NCBI GenBank assembly: GCA_046563655.1
Contig: CM102285.1
Location: 10,478,001 to 10,542,000 of the forward strand
Length of the DNA stretch: 64,000 nucleotides
Reading direction: 5' to 3'
Source of the DNA: Yuukianura sp. NJ FZ-2021
Lineage: Eukaryota
In this document: in pieces, positions 48,366 to 63,100 of the stretch
How the letters are laid out: every line of letters begins with the position of its first letter
Position numbering within the stretch: the stretch's first letter is position 1
Program-made: the position numbers and the translations under genes
Notes under the pieces: generated by a model
The model's database searches: none
What the model was told of the DNA's origin: nothing
The model's input: the letters and a program-made list of their open reading frames with translations, nothing else

Positions 48366-51300
48366 GGAACCTTCTTTCGAACTGCGTTTTTGAAATTGAA
48401 ATTTTGAGGCAATGTGAAAGTTCAAAACGGAATGTAGGCGATGTGAAAAGCTTTGTACGATTTTTTATTTGTAGTTGAATTTTGTTCAAATTCCAACGAG
48501 ATGATTTAAGATTCAACATCCCTCCTCACCTTAATTCTTCACACTATTTCATATGTTGCTAATAAAATGTATTAAAACATGTTGGCCTGGTTCCAGCTCT
48601 CTTCTGGCACAACCTTACGAAGATCATTATGCCCTCATGAATATTATCCCATTCCACATTCAACTGAATTTCAACAAATACCATTTCCACTATACTTCAA
48701 AAACCATTTTCTGTACTTTTGAAGAAGAGTTCAACGCTTGAACAGAAACACTCCCAATAATTCCGTCTTTCTGACAAACAGAACCACTTTTGACTTTTGA
48801 GTAGAGTCAATTAAACTGGATTTATTTCATTTCCAAGTGTCAAGAACCTCATGTATTTATTACAATTACCAAGGGAAATCTTTTATGATTATTGGAAAAT
48901 GTAAAGAGGTGAAAAATTTCGAGAAGATGATCCTACAAGATGATTTCGCTCAAGAATGATGAGGCGATGACTTTTAAGTTCAGAAGATCATCTGAAATTA
49001 AGTTTGCTCTTGTGGCCTGCTTACACTTTAGAGTTTTAAAACGTGTCCGAGATGATCCTAAAGTTATAATTACTTAATTTGCAGTGCACGACTTCATCTT
49101 TTTGAATCATGTAATTGGAGTAATTGGGCCATAAGGGCCGAACATTCAGGACTGCTACACTTTAATTCTTCAAATTACACGTTTTGAAGTCACGAAAAAC
49201 GAAATCGCTTAATGTAATTGAATCAGAACAAGGGAAGATACTCAGAAGATCAAAAAAGAAAATTGAAGCAAAAATATCGTGCGCAAATCATGATTTCTTT
49301 GAAGTTTGCTTTTGTAGGCGAAAATCTGTAAAGCTGCTGCTAATCAATTGGCAAGTGCTCGACCAAAAGTGATGACAGGAGTAAATTGCTTGAATTTTGA
49401 AAGTTTCGGAATTTTTGGGGAACGCTGTCCTGTCACCCAGATTTTATCGAAATAAATTTTGAAGTGAAATTTTCTGCACGATCTCTCAAGGAGGACTAAA
49501 CAGCTTAACAAACTTCATTTTTCACGTTTTCCTTCTTTTTCAAGCCAAACACGAATGAAATTTGGGGAATGAATAATGTTCATTTTCACTTAAAATCATG
49601 GAAGAGAAATTTCTGAAATCATTTTCAGTTTCTGGTACGTTGGAAATTGTTCTTCTTCATAACGTTATAAATCATTTTTATTAGAGGCACAAGATGCGGT
49701 AGGTAATCATCAACTTCTTTTGCCTGACAAAGAGAATCAATAAGTATAAAAAACAATTGAGAAACTTTTTAACTTTTCCAACACTAGTTTTTTACCAGTT
49801 TTCAAAAAAAGTTGTTTTTCACATTCCGAAAGGCGTAGAAAAACACGAAAAAATGAAATAGATGATGAAGCAGGAAATTTTGTAGTTCACAAAACTTTTC
49901 TGTCTTCTCCTAATGTTCTGCTGTAGTTTATGATCCATTGCAAATTTGTTAGATAAAAAGTTCGAATCTGACTTGAATTAATAATGTCCACCATCACAAG
50001 CTATTGAAAAAATGCTATTATAATGCAAATTGTGCAAATATGAAGAAAAGTTCAGAACTTTATCGTCATCGTTAATGGGTTGGGTAGTTTCAAACGGAGC
50101 ATAGGGTTCGGAGTTTGAGTTTTGCCAAAACGTGCAGCAACAGTACTTGCATTACTGAGATATTTATTGTATTTTAAATGTCTTGCTCATAATTCATCCC
50201 TGGAGTGCAAAAACAATTATTTATGAGGCTTAAGGTAGCTCAGAGGAAATTGTAAAAATCGTTTTTCTGTGTCCAATTGAAATTGCAAATTATGCTAAAA
50301 TCAAAAGGGCACGCTCTCAATTTCAAGAAATTCAAGAAGTCTGGTTCGCTGGGGCTGCTGTCTCTCTGTTGTAACATAATATTAATATGCTGACAATTGA
50401 ATTTATTGTTGAACATGGTTCCTGAGATTCGTGTTGTAAAAAACTTCTTACCGTGAGAGGGTGATGGACACATTGTTGGAATCCGTCTGTCTTCAGAGAG
50501 ATTCGTTCTTGTTCAGTTTTGAAAGTCGCGTGATTCGAATACAATTTGCAGGGAGTCACAGCTGGAGCTAACCACGACCTTTGACCTTTTCGAACCAAAA
50601 AATCATGATTTTCAATCTTCAATTTAGTTTTTGAATTTCGAATCTCTTCAAGCGTCATAGCAGCGACAGGTCCAAGGAAACTAAACTCGTAATCTAAGAA
50701 CGTTTCAGGGCAACTAGAAATAAGTTTTAAGTAAGCGGATGAAAGCGCAGCACAAAAATTTTCAAGATTTGGTCAAAATTTCAGTTTCCGAATTTCAGTT
50801 TGTTTTTTCATTGAAGGGAAAGCTATTGAATTCTTAAAATAGAACAGCCTTTGAGTACCTTACCGCAGTCGAAGATGTGTTTCTCTGATCACTAGGGTGT
50901 TGAGGGAGAATCGAATTAATTATTTTCTATTGTTGAGCTGTCGGAAAAGTGTCGGCACGCGTTAATTTCGTTTTAATTTCTTGTTCTCTGATCCATCCGA
51001 TACTTATTTGAGACTACAAAGGAAGTTCTGGAAGGCTCATTACTCTACAAATGCCGCCTTTTTTCCTTCAGTTGCTAATAATAGGATGCTCTTCTGATTT
51101 GATAATTTACACCTAGAGATCCATTTAAAAAGAGATTTGGAACAGGTGAAGATGATTTGATTTTTGTTATTCGAAATATGACTTGTGACTTATTAAAAAG
51201 AGGCAGCAGACCGACAAAAGTAATTTGAGCCTCTCAGATCTATCGGAGCATCTAAAATAATTGACTGCGCTGAATTCTACGTTGCAAAATCTCATTCAAC

Positions 51301-54300
51301 CAAAACATAATCTAAAAACACGAATACAGCTTTGGTGATGAAGTTCAATTTATGCTTTCTACTAATTTTGAGAGTACTGTATGAGCTACACACTGACAAT
51401 CATTTTTTCAGCAATTCCAATCATAAATCAATTTAAATGTTAAGAAAAAACTGCGAACTGGTTCATGTTTCCCTTTGGCTGGGGGAAAAATGCGAGAATT
51501 TATTAGTTCATAATTTAGAAAATGCACATAACGCACCCTAGATTGATTAAGATCTTGAAATGTTTCGAAAAAGTGAATTGTAGCAGAGAAATTGATGAAG
51601 TGGAGACAGGACTTTGATTTATCCTTTGAAGATGACTTGGAGAAGATAGTATTGTGTTGAACCAGTGTTTGAAAGGAAGTAGAGCAGGGATGGACTTGTA
51701 AGATGTTGAAATGATCTCAAATGGGAGGAGACAGATCATGCTTCCTTTCCATATCTACAGGGAAGATGCCTTTGGGAAGATGCGATTTAAGTGTAACAAC
51801 AAATGCTGTGGCTCTGTAAGTGTCCAACTTACACTTCTACACTGGGATTGAGGTTCCTCTTGTCGATAGTGGTGCTCATAAGGAACAATTGGGAGGCGGA
51901 GTCGTGTCGTTCATCATCTTCATCTTCTTGATCTTTCTGCCAGGAAGTGGAGGGTAGGAACGGCCTTTCGGCAACTTGCAATTTCACAATGATTCAATGA
52001 CATCAGATTAACCACTTACGCGTGCTCGTATTGCGCTTGGGACTCAGAATTCAGCTAAATGTGAATCAAAAGCTCCTTTTTGTTGCATATATAGAACTGA
52101 TATAATAGGTCATCTTAGGAGAGTGAAAAACTAAATTCAGGAATTTTATGTTATGTAATGAACTTAAGGTGAAAGTTCAACCAATGGTGAAAGTCCGCCA
52201 TCTGCAATGTATGCAGTGTATATGTTACTCGAGAATTTCTTTTTGAATTTTAGTTCACGGAAATGAAACGGAGAATTAACGTTAAAAATCATAAATCCTT
52301 CAAGAAAACAGGAACAAAGGACAAATTATTTGGTTGTAGGAGCATGTTTTTTCCTTCCTTTGACACAAGTCTCTGCTGTGTCTCTGTAAAAACAGCAGGG
52401 GGATAATTCCTGATTCCAAATCCTATTTAATTAAATGAATTAATCAAATCCACCTCTTCTTCTCAAAAATTAAATGAAATCTCTAACCCTTCATTAGCAC
52501 TTATTTGCAATTGCAACATTTCAACTCAAAATTTCAAATTTCCATTGGGGTCAGTTCAAGAATTATTATTATGTAACAGATCATCTGTAGCTTCATTTAC
52601 CTCTGTTACTCACTAGGCTAAAGTATTTACTTCAATTTGATATTTTCCTGCTGCAATTAAGTTTTGAATTTGATTTAAAAAAAGCTGCATCCAAACTGGC
52701 AAAATTAAAGTTTAATTTCAAACTTTGAAATGAAACCCAAAAAATCACAATCACCAGAACTACATTTTTTCGAACGTCTTTTATCTTCAAAATTTGGAAA
52801 TTTTGGTTTTCAAAATGCACTCTTTGTAGAGCAATCATTAGAGCCGAAAGTCAAAAGAATTGTAAGCTATAGGCAAACAACTTCTCTTTGCTGCTTTTTT
52901 TTTGTAGTTTGTAAAACAAAAGGTTTTTGCGGGAAATGCCTCACAAAACGTCGATTTTTGCACCAATGCCATAGATCATGAAATGGGATTGTTTTACTTT
53001 AACATTTTTTCTTTGCCAAAATCGAATGATGTTATGAATCAAGTTCTCATTGGAGAGAGAGAAGGCGGTAACAATGAGATAAATTTTAATTTGTTAACTT
53101 AAACAGACAAGGATCATTCCTGGGAACTGATCTTCTGCAGAAGGGAGCCAGTCACGACTCCTGCTTCATTTTCAGTGTTGTGTTGATGGGGCAGCGAAGG
53201 AAACGCCAAACAGAGTCACTTCGTTCAGGAAGATGAAGATGAAGAATTTGAAGATGATGTGTGGAGGCGTTCTCAAATGACAACTTAAGTAAAATATTGG
53301 CAAGCAGTTTCTGACTTTTGAGAAGACGCTGTAGAGTCCAAACATTCTTAAAACTTTTGGGTTCACAGAATGAACTTTTGATTGAAAAAATGTAGGTTAC
53401 CTCCGAGGAAGTAAGTTTCCTCAGAGGAATCAATTTGAACACAAAATGAGGCACAGAATTTAAATAATTGAGGTAAAAGGGGTAGAGCTACACACGGAGA
53501 TGAACTTCAATATATTTCTTTAGTAAGGTAAAAAAGAACAAAAGCCTCTCAGGCCCATCCCACCTGTCTCACAAAATTCATAACGTTCAGTTTCTAAAGT
53601 GTAATTTAAAACACAGAAAAACAACCAAATTTCTTATTCTTTTCATCTTTACAACTTCGCTCGAGATTCCATTTTCCCACGGTTGTAAAAATTGAATGAA
53701 ACCTAAAAAAATGGACTTTGGTTTTGCTCAAAAGTGTTTTAAAACAAAGAGAAAACAAAAACAGTTAATCTGCACCTCGTAGTACTGTTCAAATTGGTGA
53801 TTGAATTTGGAGCCTATGTTGATTAGTTTTTGGTTACGTGGAGGGAGTAACTATGAAAATAAAATATGCGTTTATGAACGAAGTTAATTAGTTCTTGCGC
53901 CAGAACCGAACCTACTGCTGTGCACTTTATTTGTTTTAAATTTTGTTGGTCAAAAGAGAAAAAAATCAGGAGCATTTTCCAAAATCAAACTCATAAATCC
54001 TTTCTGTAACAATTTAAAAAGACTCATCACAGCAGCAGATTTGAAAGCCCTGGGAGAGATGAATGAGCTCCTGTCCCAAGTACATTCATCTTCTTGATGA
54101 GAGGGAGTAACTATTAAATGGATGAATAAAACTTGGCTCCTACGTAGTGAAAATTCTAATACGGAAGATGTACTTTTGAAACCAACGCTTCTGTCCACTG
54201 CAGAGACAATCTTACTCGTGTCTTCGGGTATTCACTTCTCGAAAATACTTGTCTGAAATGAACAAATTCTGGACTTTTTTTTGAGCAAATGACCACTGAC

Positions 54301-55102
54301 CTGGAAACTGCATTATAATTCTGCCACTTTAATTTTTAGATGATTCTAAATTGCAAAAAATGTTTAAAGGATTTTCAGTTCATCGTTGTCCACTTTGTGG
54401 TAGAAGCCCAGAAGAAAAAGTCTCACTCTTTTCCATGCTATAGGATGAAGAAGAATGAGACTTTTTTGGGATTTCTACTAAATAGTGGCGGTCCTTCATT
54501 TTCATTTGTTCATTGTGTTAAGTTATGAAATTATATTGTAGTATGTAAAAAATTGATTCCAAAATGTTGAATCGACAAATGTGGAAATTTTTTAAAATTA
54601 AATAGTGTGTGGGAGACTGGGATCGTAACGGGATATTAAAATAAGCTAATTTTAGTTTGGAACGCTCTGGCTCCAGCCCATACTCATAAAACACTGTTTA
54701 TGTTTACAAAGGTTCGGAGACAGACGACTTTCAGTCTTTCAAGAATCCTTCGCTTAAGCGTAAACATCCAGCGCTCCAAACTGGATCCTCGTGTTCACAA
54801 ACATCCGCAGCAGTTTCATCCTAGCAGACTTTGGAGTAGTCTCAACACACAGTTTCGTGCATGATCCTACATCGACAGTTTTTTAAAGCCCAATAAATTC
54901 AAACCGCCAAGTCTGTCGCTGTACATCCTCATTTTTTTCCGAATCCACCCCCGCGCTAAAGTTTGGCCAATTTCCAAGTTTGGGTGATCCAAAAATAAGA
55001 AATTTTTTAGTTTGAAGTTTGGAAAAAAAATGAAGATTTTTTGGAGATTTTTGAAGATTTGGGTTCAAAAGTGTTAAGTGGTAACCCAGTTTGCTGGTTA
55101 GA

Positions 55103-57103
55103 ATGGAGAGGAACGGTTGTGTAGTTTGTAGTTTACCGTCTGAGCAACGCTGTTCCGCTTGTGGAAAAGCGACATATTGTTCTCCAGAGCATCAGAAACA
55201 GGACTGGAAGAAACATAAGCCAAATTGCGTCCCTTACAAAATTAGTGTTGATGACAAAGTGGGAAGACACTTGATCGCTACTCGAAACATTCCCGAGGGC
55301 ACAATCATTCTTGTAGAAAAACCAATTGTTCTTGGTCCAAAACTTTACAGTGCTCCAACATGCCTTGGATGTTACAAGAAAGTAGATGGATCCTACTTTT
55401 GTGGCCAATGTGGATTTCCTATGTGTTCCGAACAATGTGCAGAGGTAAGTCCTTAGGGTGCGTTGACCTTGACATGTCGATACTGTGACCTCTGACACTA
55501 GGCAACGGAAATGTAGTGACGTTTTACATAGCTAGCTAAGATTTTGTGACCTCTGACTCACGCACTAGAGGGAAACTGTAGCTTTCTATACACGACTACG
55601 CGCAATATCCAACGTTATCTTTAAACCTAAACTAACCCCAGTTGATAGAGCGGTTTAAATTTCAGATGGAAGTGCACCGAGACAATGAGTGCAAAATTTT
55701 TGCAAAGAAGGGATCCAGTCCCAAACGAATTGAAAATTACGACAGTCCACATCCTCTCTACCAGTCGATATTGCCACTTCGATGTCTGCTGTTAAGGGAA
55801 AAGCGCTTAGATAAATGGAAAGCTCTAAATTCAATGGAACATCACGTGGAAGCCAGAAAAAGTCGATCCGAAGTTTGGCAAGAATTCCAAGTGAATATTG
55901 TTAATTTTCTAAGAGATTGGCACGGATTGGGTGAATCCTACTCAGAAGACACTGTAAATCGTGTGATTGGATTTATTGAAGTGAATTCCTTCCAAATTAA
56001 AACTGTGAAGAAAATAGAGTTAGTATTTTTGTCTAGTCTTAGCTTGATTTTGAAGTTTTGAAGCAACTGAACTTTGCTTTCTCCCATACTAACTTTCTCC
56101 TAGAATCATTTTTTGAAAAAATTTCATTCTCTTTGCTTTTTCCCCAAAACTTTCATTCACTAAACTTTTGTTTTTAGATTTTGTGGATTGTTCAGATTGG
56201 GTGGACTGATGAGTCATGACTGTCAGCCCAACACTCACCATGCTTTCACCCCTGAAGGGAACTTGGTTTTAAGGGCTTCTGTGGACATAAAGAAAAATAC
56301 GGACATTACTATGTCTTACGTAGATCCTTTAGCAGGAACTACCGAAAGGAGACAAATTCTGGAGCAGTCAAAGTATTTTGGATGTGACTGTGCAAGATGC
56401 CAAGATCCGACGGAACTTGGGACATTTATGTCCGGAGTTGTATGCAATTGTGACGTTGGATATCTGCTTCCGAAGAATCCGCTTTCAGAAAATTCGGAAT
56501 GGATTTGTTATTCTAGCATTACAAAGAAACCAAGCTTAGATTGTCATAATACGCAAACTGCCGCTGAAATTTTTCAGAAAGTAGAGGATGCTAAGAACTT
56601 TCTCCAACAACTTTCTCCAACTTGCACCTCCGACGAAATTTTAAACGCAATTGCCCTTCACTGCAAAACTTTTCATCCAAACCACTTTCTACTGCTGCCG
56701 ATTTGGAAGCGTTTGCTGCAACTCAACTTTGAACAAATTTCCAGCACTTCTACGTTAGACCAAAAGCACTACGATGATGTTGGCAAAACTAAATTGGTTG
56801 CAGAGCGGTTGCTTAAAGTGTACAACATTGTTGATCCAGGACTTACTCGAGCACGAGGTATTATTGCATCGCGTACTTTGTCAAAATTAAAAAAAAATCC
56901 AAAATTTGACATTAAATTTTGAAATTGCTATAGGTCTGCTTTTGCGACAACTATGTCAAATGGAAAAGAGATTGCTTCAATGGGAGGACGTATCTCAACC
57001 TCAAAATGAAAGGAAAGATCAAAGAATATCCAAAATATGCGAACTCGAAGAAGAAATTCAAAAAATATTTGCACTTGACGACCTGATTCGCGAAAATCGT
57101 TAG
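55103..57103 (+). CDS. SET and MYND domain protein, arthropod SmydA/msta-like lysine methyltransferase, 4 exons
   Basis: MYND finger CVVC...CSAC....YCSPEHQKQDWKKHKPNC, VGRHLIATRNIPEG, SHDCQPNT, post-SET KYFGCDCARCQDPTELGT, FHPNHFL; exon phases consistent. Confidence 0.9.
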
Positions 57104-60100
57104 TGCGTAAGCATGTGTTCTTATCTTAGGCAATTCGCCACGTGTTAAGATTGTACTAATCAAGATTTCGCAAGCTTTGCCAACAAAAAACTGCGTAAAC
57201 ATTTCATTTCAAATATTTTAATTGTGAAATAATTCAGATTACGCGATTACACTAAGCTTTTTAATGGAGAATTTGCAATATTTGCAAAAGTTTAAAATAT
57301 TTACACATTTAAAAAGTGAAATGAAGCCTTTGTTTTAAACCTTCAATGTTAATTGAGTATTAAAATACCACAACAAATTAACAAAAGTTGTACTTAGAAC
57401 ACAGAAAAGCTTTCTAAAAAACAAAAGCGTTTCAAAATTCATCTTCAATAAATCCTCTTTTTATTTTTCACGCCCATAAAATTAAAAACTTTTATTTCCA
57501 ATTTCTCTTTCTCCTCACAGAGTCTAGAATGTGTCTATTTGTCTTGTCGTTAAACAAATCCTAATTTCGCCATGACCTAAAGCAGCAAACCATAAAATCT
57601 AGAGAATACTATCCCTAACATCAATAACTTTTTTGAATAGACGATTATGATCAAATCAGAATTTTAAATTGGTCATAAATACTGAATATTATTATTTTGC
57701 AATAAAGAACTTTGTATTTGGTCAAGTCGGAGAATGCTTTTGTAGGCTGAATGACTATCGTGTTTTTGTAATTCACCGTACATCAGAGGAAGATGCGAAA
57801 AGTGATAAAGTTGAAGGTAGCATATTGAATTGAAAGGAGACGCAAGGAGGAGGGCATTCAACTTGTTCTGGTGGAACAAGTGGAACAAATCAACAAATTA
57901 GTCTCTCCCATAAGGATCCCATTGGAATTGAAGACGACGATGGTGAGATCACAGAGACCACTTCAAATGGATTTCATCTTCAACAGGGCCATTAAAACCG
58001 TTCGCATTAATGCGTATGATGTACTGAAAAACAATATATGGGAAGACGGTGCAGGATGTGTTGCGTTGTAGCAAAATTTTTGTAGGTTTCTCAATTCTTG
58101 GAGGAAAAGTCCAAGGTTTGCATCTTTACGAGCTTCCTTATAGTTGATCTAAGGTAAATAATTGCATTTGATTGACAAAATTGATAAAGTAATGAGACCT
58201 ATTCAATTAGGATAAAGAAATTTGCAGTTCTTGAATTAATTTGAAGCTGAGTTACTGATGAATTTGTTAATTAATCTACGCAATTTGTGTGGAATTTCAA
58301 TGCTAGTTGGATTTGATGTTGTTTTTCCTTGCAAATTGTGATTTTTCTGGATTCCTTTCTTTTTGGAATGCTGATTTTTGTGAATTCCTTGCGAATTGTG
58401 AACAATGTTGTGAATTTATGCTTGCGCGTAAAACTTCAGTAAAATTCCTCACGATATTCACTGAGACGAAGGTTTTGAATACAGAAATTTGGAATTTGAA
58501 ATTTTGAGACCAAGATTTTATGAAATTGTACCGTCAGATGCTTAAAGACACAAATCACTGTTTAATGGCCCAGAGAACAGTTTCTCCAAGTTCAAAAATG
58601 GTTTCAAAACGGAATTCGGAAGCGTTGTGTAAGGTGAAACGACAGAATTTGAAGGATAATATTTTTGTTTCTTATTTTGAAAACCTCGTTTTGAAGATGA
58701 TTCTGAGCTGTCCTTGTTCTCAGCCTCGTTTCGAGGGAACTTAATGTCCATAAGTTTCCTATTTTTTCATCTTCTGCTCCTGCATCTTCTTCCAAAAGAA
58801 GAGTCATTAGCTCCTTGATGATGAAAATTATTGTTGCGTTCATAAAAAATCTGGATTATGACAGGTGGGTTCATTTGTCCATGGGGAATTAGGAAGCCAG
58901 AAGGAGTGGTGGGTACAACTGTACAGGATTCTCGTAATTCAACCAAGCAAACTGTAATGGGCATTTCTGTTAATTCAATTCAAAATGCTCACTCTCCCCG
59001 TCATGTTCAAATTCTCACTCCTTTAATTTCTAAAAAAAAACTTCTTTTGAAAAAACTAGTACCTCAGAGTGTAATTCAAAAGCAGAACTTTTGAAATTTC
59101 AAGAGCAAATCAAGCCTTTTGTCATGTAAGAGCATCCAGCCTCCGCCTACTCTTCCTGTCCGTGAGGATTAATTAGATTCTGCTTGACTTCAAATCATCT
59201 TCAGCAGAGCAGATGTAATGCCAGCTTTGATTTTGTAAAAACCAGAACAAAGCAGTTTTTATATGATAAAATATAATTAATAATATAATATAAGTGTTGG
59301 AAGACGATAGAGCACTGCACGCTTACCAAAAGTGAGGAGATTCAAGCAAATTATTACTATCAGTTCATTTTTTTAGGACACGAAAATGGTGTTAAAAATG
59401 TATCTTTTTGGTTAGAAAAAAAATGTAGAGTGATGTGGGTGCTCGAGTCTTTTGATTTGCTCATGATCTTCTTGGAGGAGAAAAATAAATTATAAGGTGT
59501 TTTTATATAAAAAATAAGAGATGTGCCGAATAATTGGTGTATAATTTGGCACTAGCTTTCCTTGTGTGCCCGAATTGTGCTTCTCTGTACAGCAACCTCA
59601 TGTTCAGTTTTGATTCACAAAATAATAAAGTTCGGCAAAATCACGATCTGACTCTGGCGGATCACGAGTAAAGAGCCCTTTATTTTGTGGATAAGTGCAA
59701 AATAAGGGCTTTTAATACGATTTCCCTACTTTAGTCGTTGTTAGAGTGAAGGATGATGTTCAAGGAAGAGAAGGCGACGGGTGTAATCATACGGACCAAC
59801 GTGGTCCATTTTCAGTTTCCTTTGAAGTAATTTCACTTTCACAAAGTTTATGAGAGGTGCTTTTTGTTATAATAGAGGCGGAAAGTATTCAAGTACTATC
59901 TGTCGAAATTTCCTTTGAAATTGTTATTCTTGTTCTCAATTTCTTGAATTAAGCTTTAGAGTTCATCACTCCACTTATCCTGTTTCACCATGTAATCTTC
60001 TCGACACTTTAACAAAATCATCTCAGAAAGTCTTTCACCCTAACCCATTTTCACACCTTGAGTATATTTTTCTTCCAAAAAAAAACTAGAACGAAGAATT

Positions 60101-63100
60101 TGCGTACTTTGACGCTGCTTACAAACATAATGTTTTGTAGGAGCGTATTACTTAATGTGCCGTCAGTTCCTTCAGGTCCCTGAGGGTCAGAGAAATCAAG
60201 TTACTATATCTAAAAAAAAAACATTCTCACGCGTTTGATACAGGTTAAGCTAAATATTTTTTATACGCAGATTCCAAAATTTCAATTTTAGATCGCTTCC
60301 ATGTCTAAAGTCGGTCGTATCACGGTGGTTATTTGCTGATTGGTGAAGCATCATGCGTTTTAAGGTTTAGAACTGCTTCATGTTTTCAAATAATTCCAAT
60401 TCAGTGGATTCGAATGAACCATTAACTTGTGACAAGCAGCGCTTTTAGAGTTTAGGAGTTTCGGTTCTAAAAGATGCTATGAAGTGAAAGTTACTCCGAT
60501 TTGAAAGGGTTTAGGTTTTGTGTTTACGCGGTAGTCCGAATTATGGCAGCCGAAGGCCATTGGGACATTGGAAACGATTCTGGTCCGAAATATTTGGAAA
60601 TCGCCATTTTGAATCACTCTTTCAAAAATACTAAATCGAAATTGATTTTTTGGAGAGGAGATTTCAGTACAATTTCAACAATAGATTTGAATATGAGAGC
60701 AGCTAAAAGAATTGTTAGTGTGTGCAAACAGAGTGTTTAGAACAGGAAAACAGAAATCTAGAATGGAAATATGGATCAGTAGGATTAGATGTTATTGGTT
60801 ACAGCATGAATGAGCGTCTATTGCTGTAAATCTGAGCCCTTGACAATGGAGGTGTGAATGGGGGCCCTTTGATCCCTTCTAATCCTCCTGTGTAGTCCAT
60901 GTTGTTTTCGGATCAGTGCTTCACATTCTATAGTTTCAATGTCCCCCTTCCATTGTTCCCTTAGCCACTGATCCTGTTTCTAAAAACCAAATACCCGGTT
61001 GGAGCCGAAAGACCAGATTTTTGGTTTTGTTTTGTCAATGGCCTCATGTTTTTAGATCACTGAAAAGCTGATCCGATTTTGAACGTGTTCTAAGAGGAGC
61101 TTATCACGCGAAACCAGCACCTAACATAAAAGTAGGACCCTTCAAGGGTATTAGCATCAAAATATTTTGTAGCAATGGCCTATTTTTCTTGATTTTTGTC
61201 ATCAGTCGCCATTTTGCTTTGCTTTCGTTTTTGGTCCAAGTTTTTGTTTTCAATTTCAACCGACTGAAATTGAAGTTGACAAAAAGTTAGAAGCTGGAGA
61301 TGAATTGTTCTGATTTTAATAATTGGCTAACTAAGGGCTGCTCCATTTCTCTTCATGTTGTCGGTCAGTTTGAAGTGGACATGAGAAGAGGCTCTTAGAT
61401 TTTAATCAGGTTCTTAAATGCTCAAGTGACTCAAAAAGGCTTGCGGTATAAATCTCATAGAGTGCTACACCTCGGTGGTTTCCATCCTGGAGGTCTTGTG
61501 GTCTGATTATTTTATTATCATTTCCACAAGAGCCACTCCTTGTGATGAATATTAATCAAGTGGTTCAGAACGCGCATCAAACAGCTTTGAGCTGAAGTGG
61601 AGTCCAGGGTCATGCCTGCAGTTGGCAATAAATGTGATCTTCCCTTCATTTGTTTTGACAAAAGGTTTTTTATTCTAACTTGAAGAAATGGATCTTGTTC
61701 TTCTGAGACTGCCTCGGCTTGGAATGTGCCGCAATTCAGTTTAATACTCCAACAATCCCAAAAGTTGAATTTTATTTCTACAGAGAAACTTTAAATCAAA
61801 TTCATTTTTTCAAAGTTGAACCCAGAGAAACCTTAAATCCTAATTCATGACTTTAATTCTAATGTTAATGAATCCACTAGAAGAAGAAAAGACGAGCAAA
61901 AAAGTGGCTCAGTTCCAATTTAAATCAATCTCTGTCAAAATTGGAATTTAACGTTCAAAATATTCAAACAAAGTGTAATCTTTTTTTGATTTCGCAGAAA
62001 GTTTCGAGAAGAACTAGACATTCCATCCAGTCAGTCAAAAATGTTTAAAAAAAAAAACTGTGAACTTTTTTTTTCCATTTGCTGTAGTTGGGCGTAGTAG
62101 GGTTTGTTTTGGATTTCCGCTTTCTAGAAAGCCCTTTGTTGGTGAAAGTCTCGTTACAAACTTTCACTCAACGGTGATTTTGACTTATCTTTTTCATTAC
62201 ACAAATGTGGAAAATTAATGCTTTTCAGTTTTGTTTTTCCATTTTTTTTTTGAAATTATAATTCAAATTAAATCGAAACCTCACACGGAGCATACACTTT
62301 GGCAAAAGATTTTGAAAATGAAGATTTCTCTCGACTTTAGTCAAAGTTTAACCAAGTTTGAAGGGGAAGTAAGAAGGAAAAATTCCACCAGTCAAACTAA
62401 AATTTTGAGAGAGTAAATCAAGCCAATTCTTGTGAGTCACGGAAAGTTCAAGGAGTTTGAAAAGATGAAGAAGAGTCATAAGATTCATGATACAAGTTTG
62501 AGCAAACGTAAGGAAGAGATGCATATTAGTATGTGGACCATTGAACATATTTCATGGAAGGGAGTGAGTACTTTGGTTGAAGCATGAAACTGTAACTCAC
62601 CTGAAATTAAGAACAAAGTGGTTTTGTTAGTGACTCTGTTATTCTCCTATAAGGGAAAATTAATAATCCAAACTAGTTTTGAAGGAAGAAGAAAATTGAA
62701 AGCATTTATTAAATGAGCCTCCACAGGTCTCTTGCTTTTTCGTTCACTTCAATCAACAACAGGCACAGAATCAAAAACGCAACTCCAATTTTTTTTTCTG
62801 AAAATTAAAGTTGAACCTAACAAAAAATTGGAAAATTACTATGATTCGCAACAGAGTCCAATTTGGCACCAAAGCAAGGTTCTACTTGCCAAATGAAGCA
62901 ATTTTGCACTGTAACCTTGCTGTAACAATCAAAAAAAGTTTTGTGAACATACGAAAGCAATTTGGTCCAAAAACCTACGCTTAATCTTCCAACATCAAAG
63001 ACTTTTTTTTGCTTCATTTTTTAAATTTTACAAGGTTACGTTAGTAATTTTTACATCAAAACTTTGTACCTGGAAGTATTAGGTTAGTTTAAAGCTAGAT

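Noticed and set aside
53841..54114. 14-bp direct repeat GAGGGAGTAACTAT 260 bp apart
   Set aside because: No TIRs or other element structure seen between the copies.
61052..61073. TTAGATCACTGAAAAGCTGAT resembles the bantam miRNA
   Set aside because: Seed differs (TAGATCA vs GAGATCA) and the upstream sequence does not pair with the seed end; probably chance.
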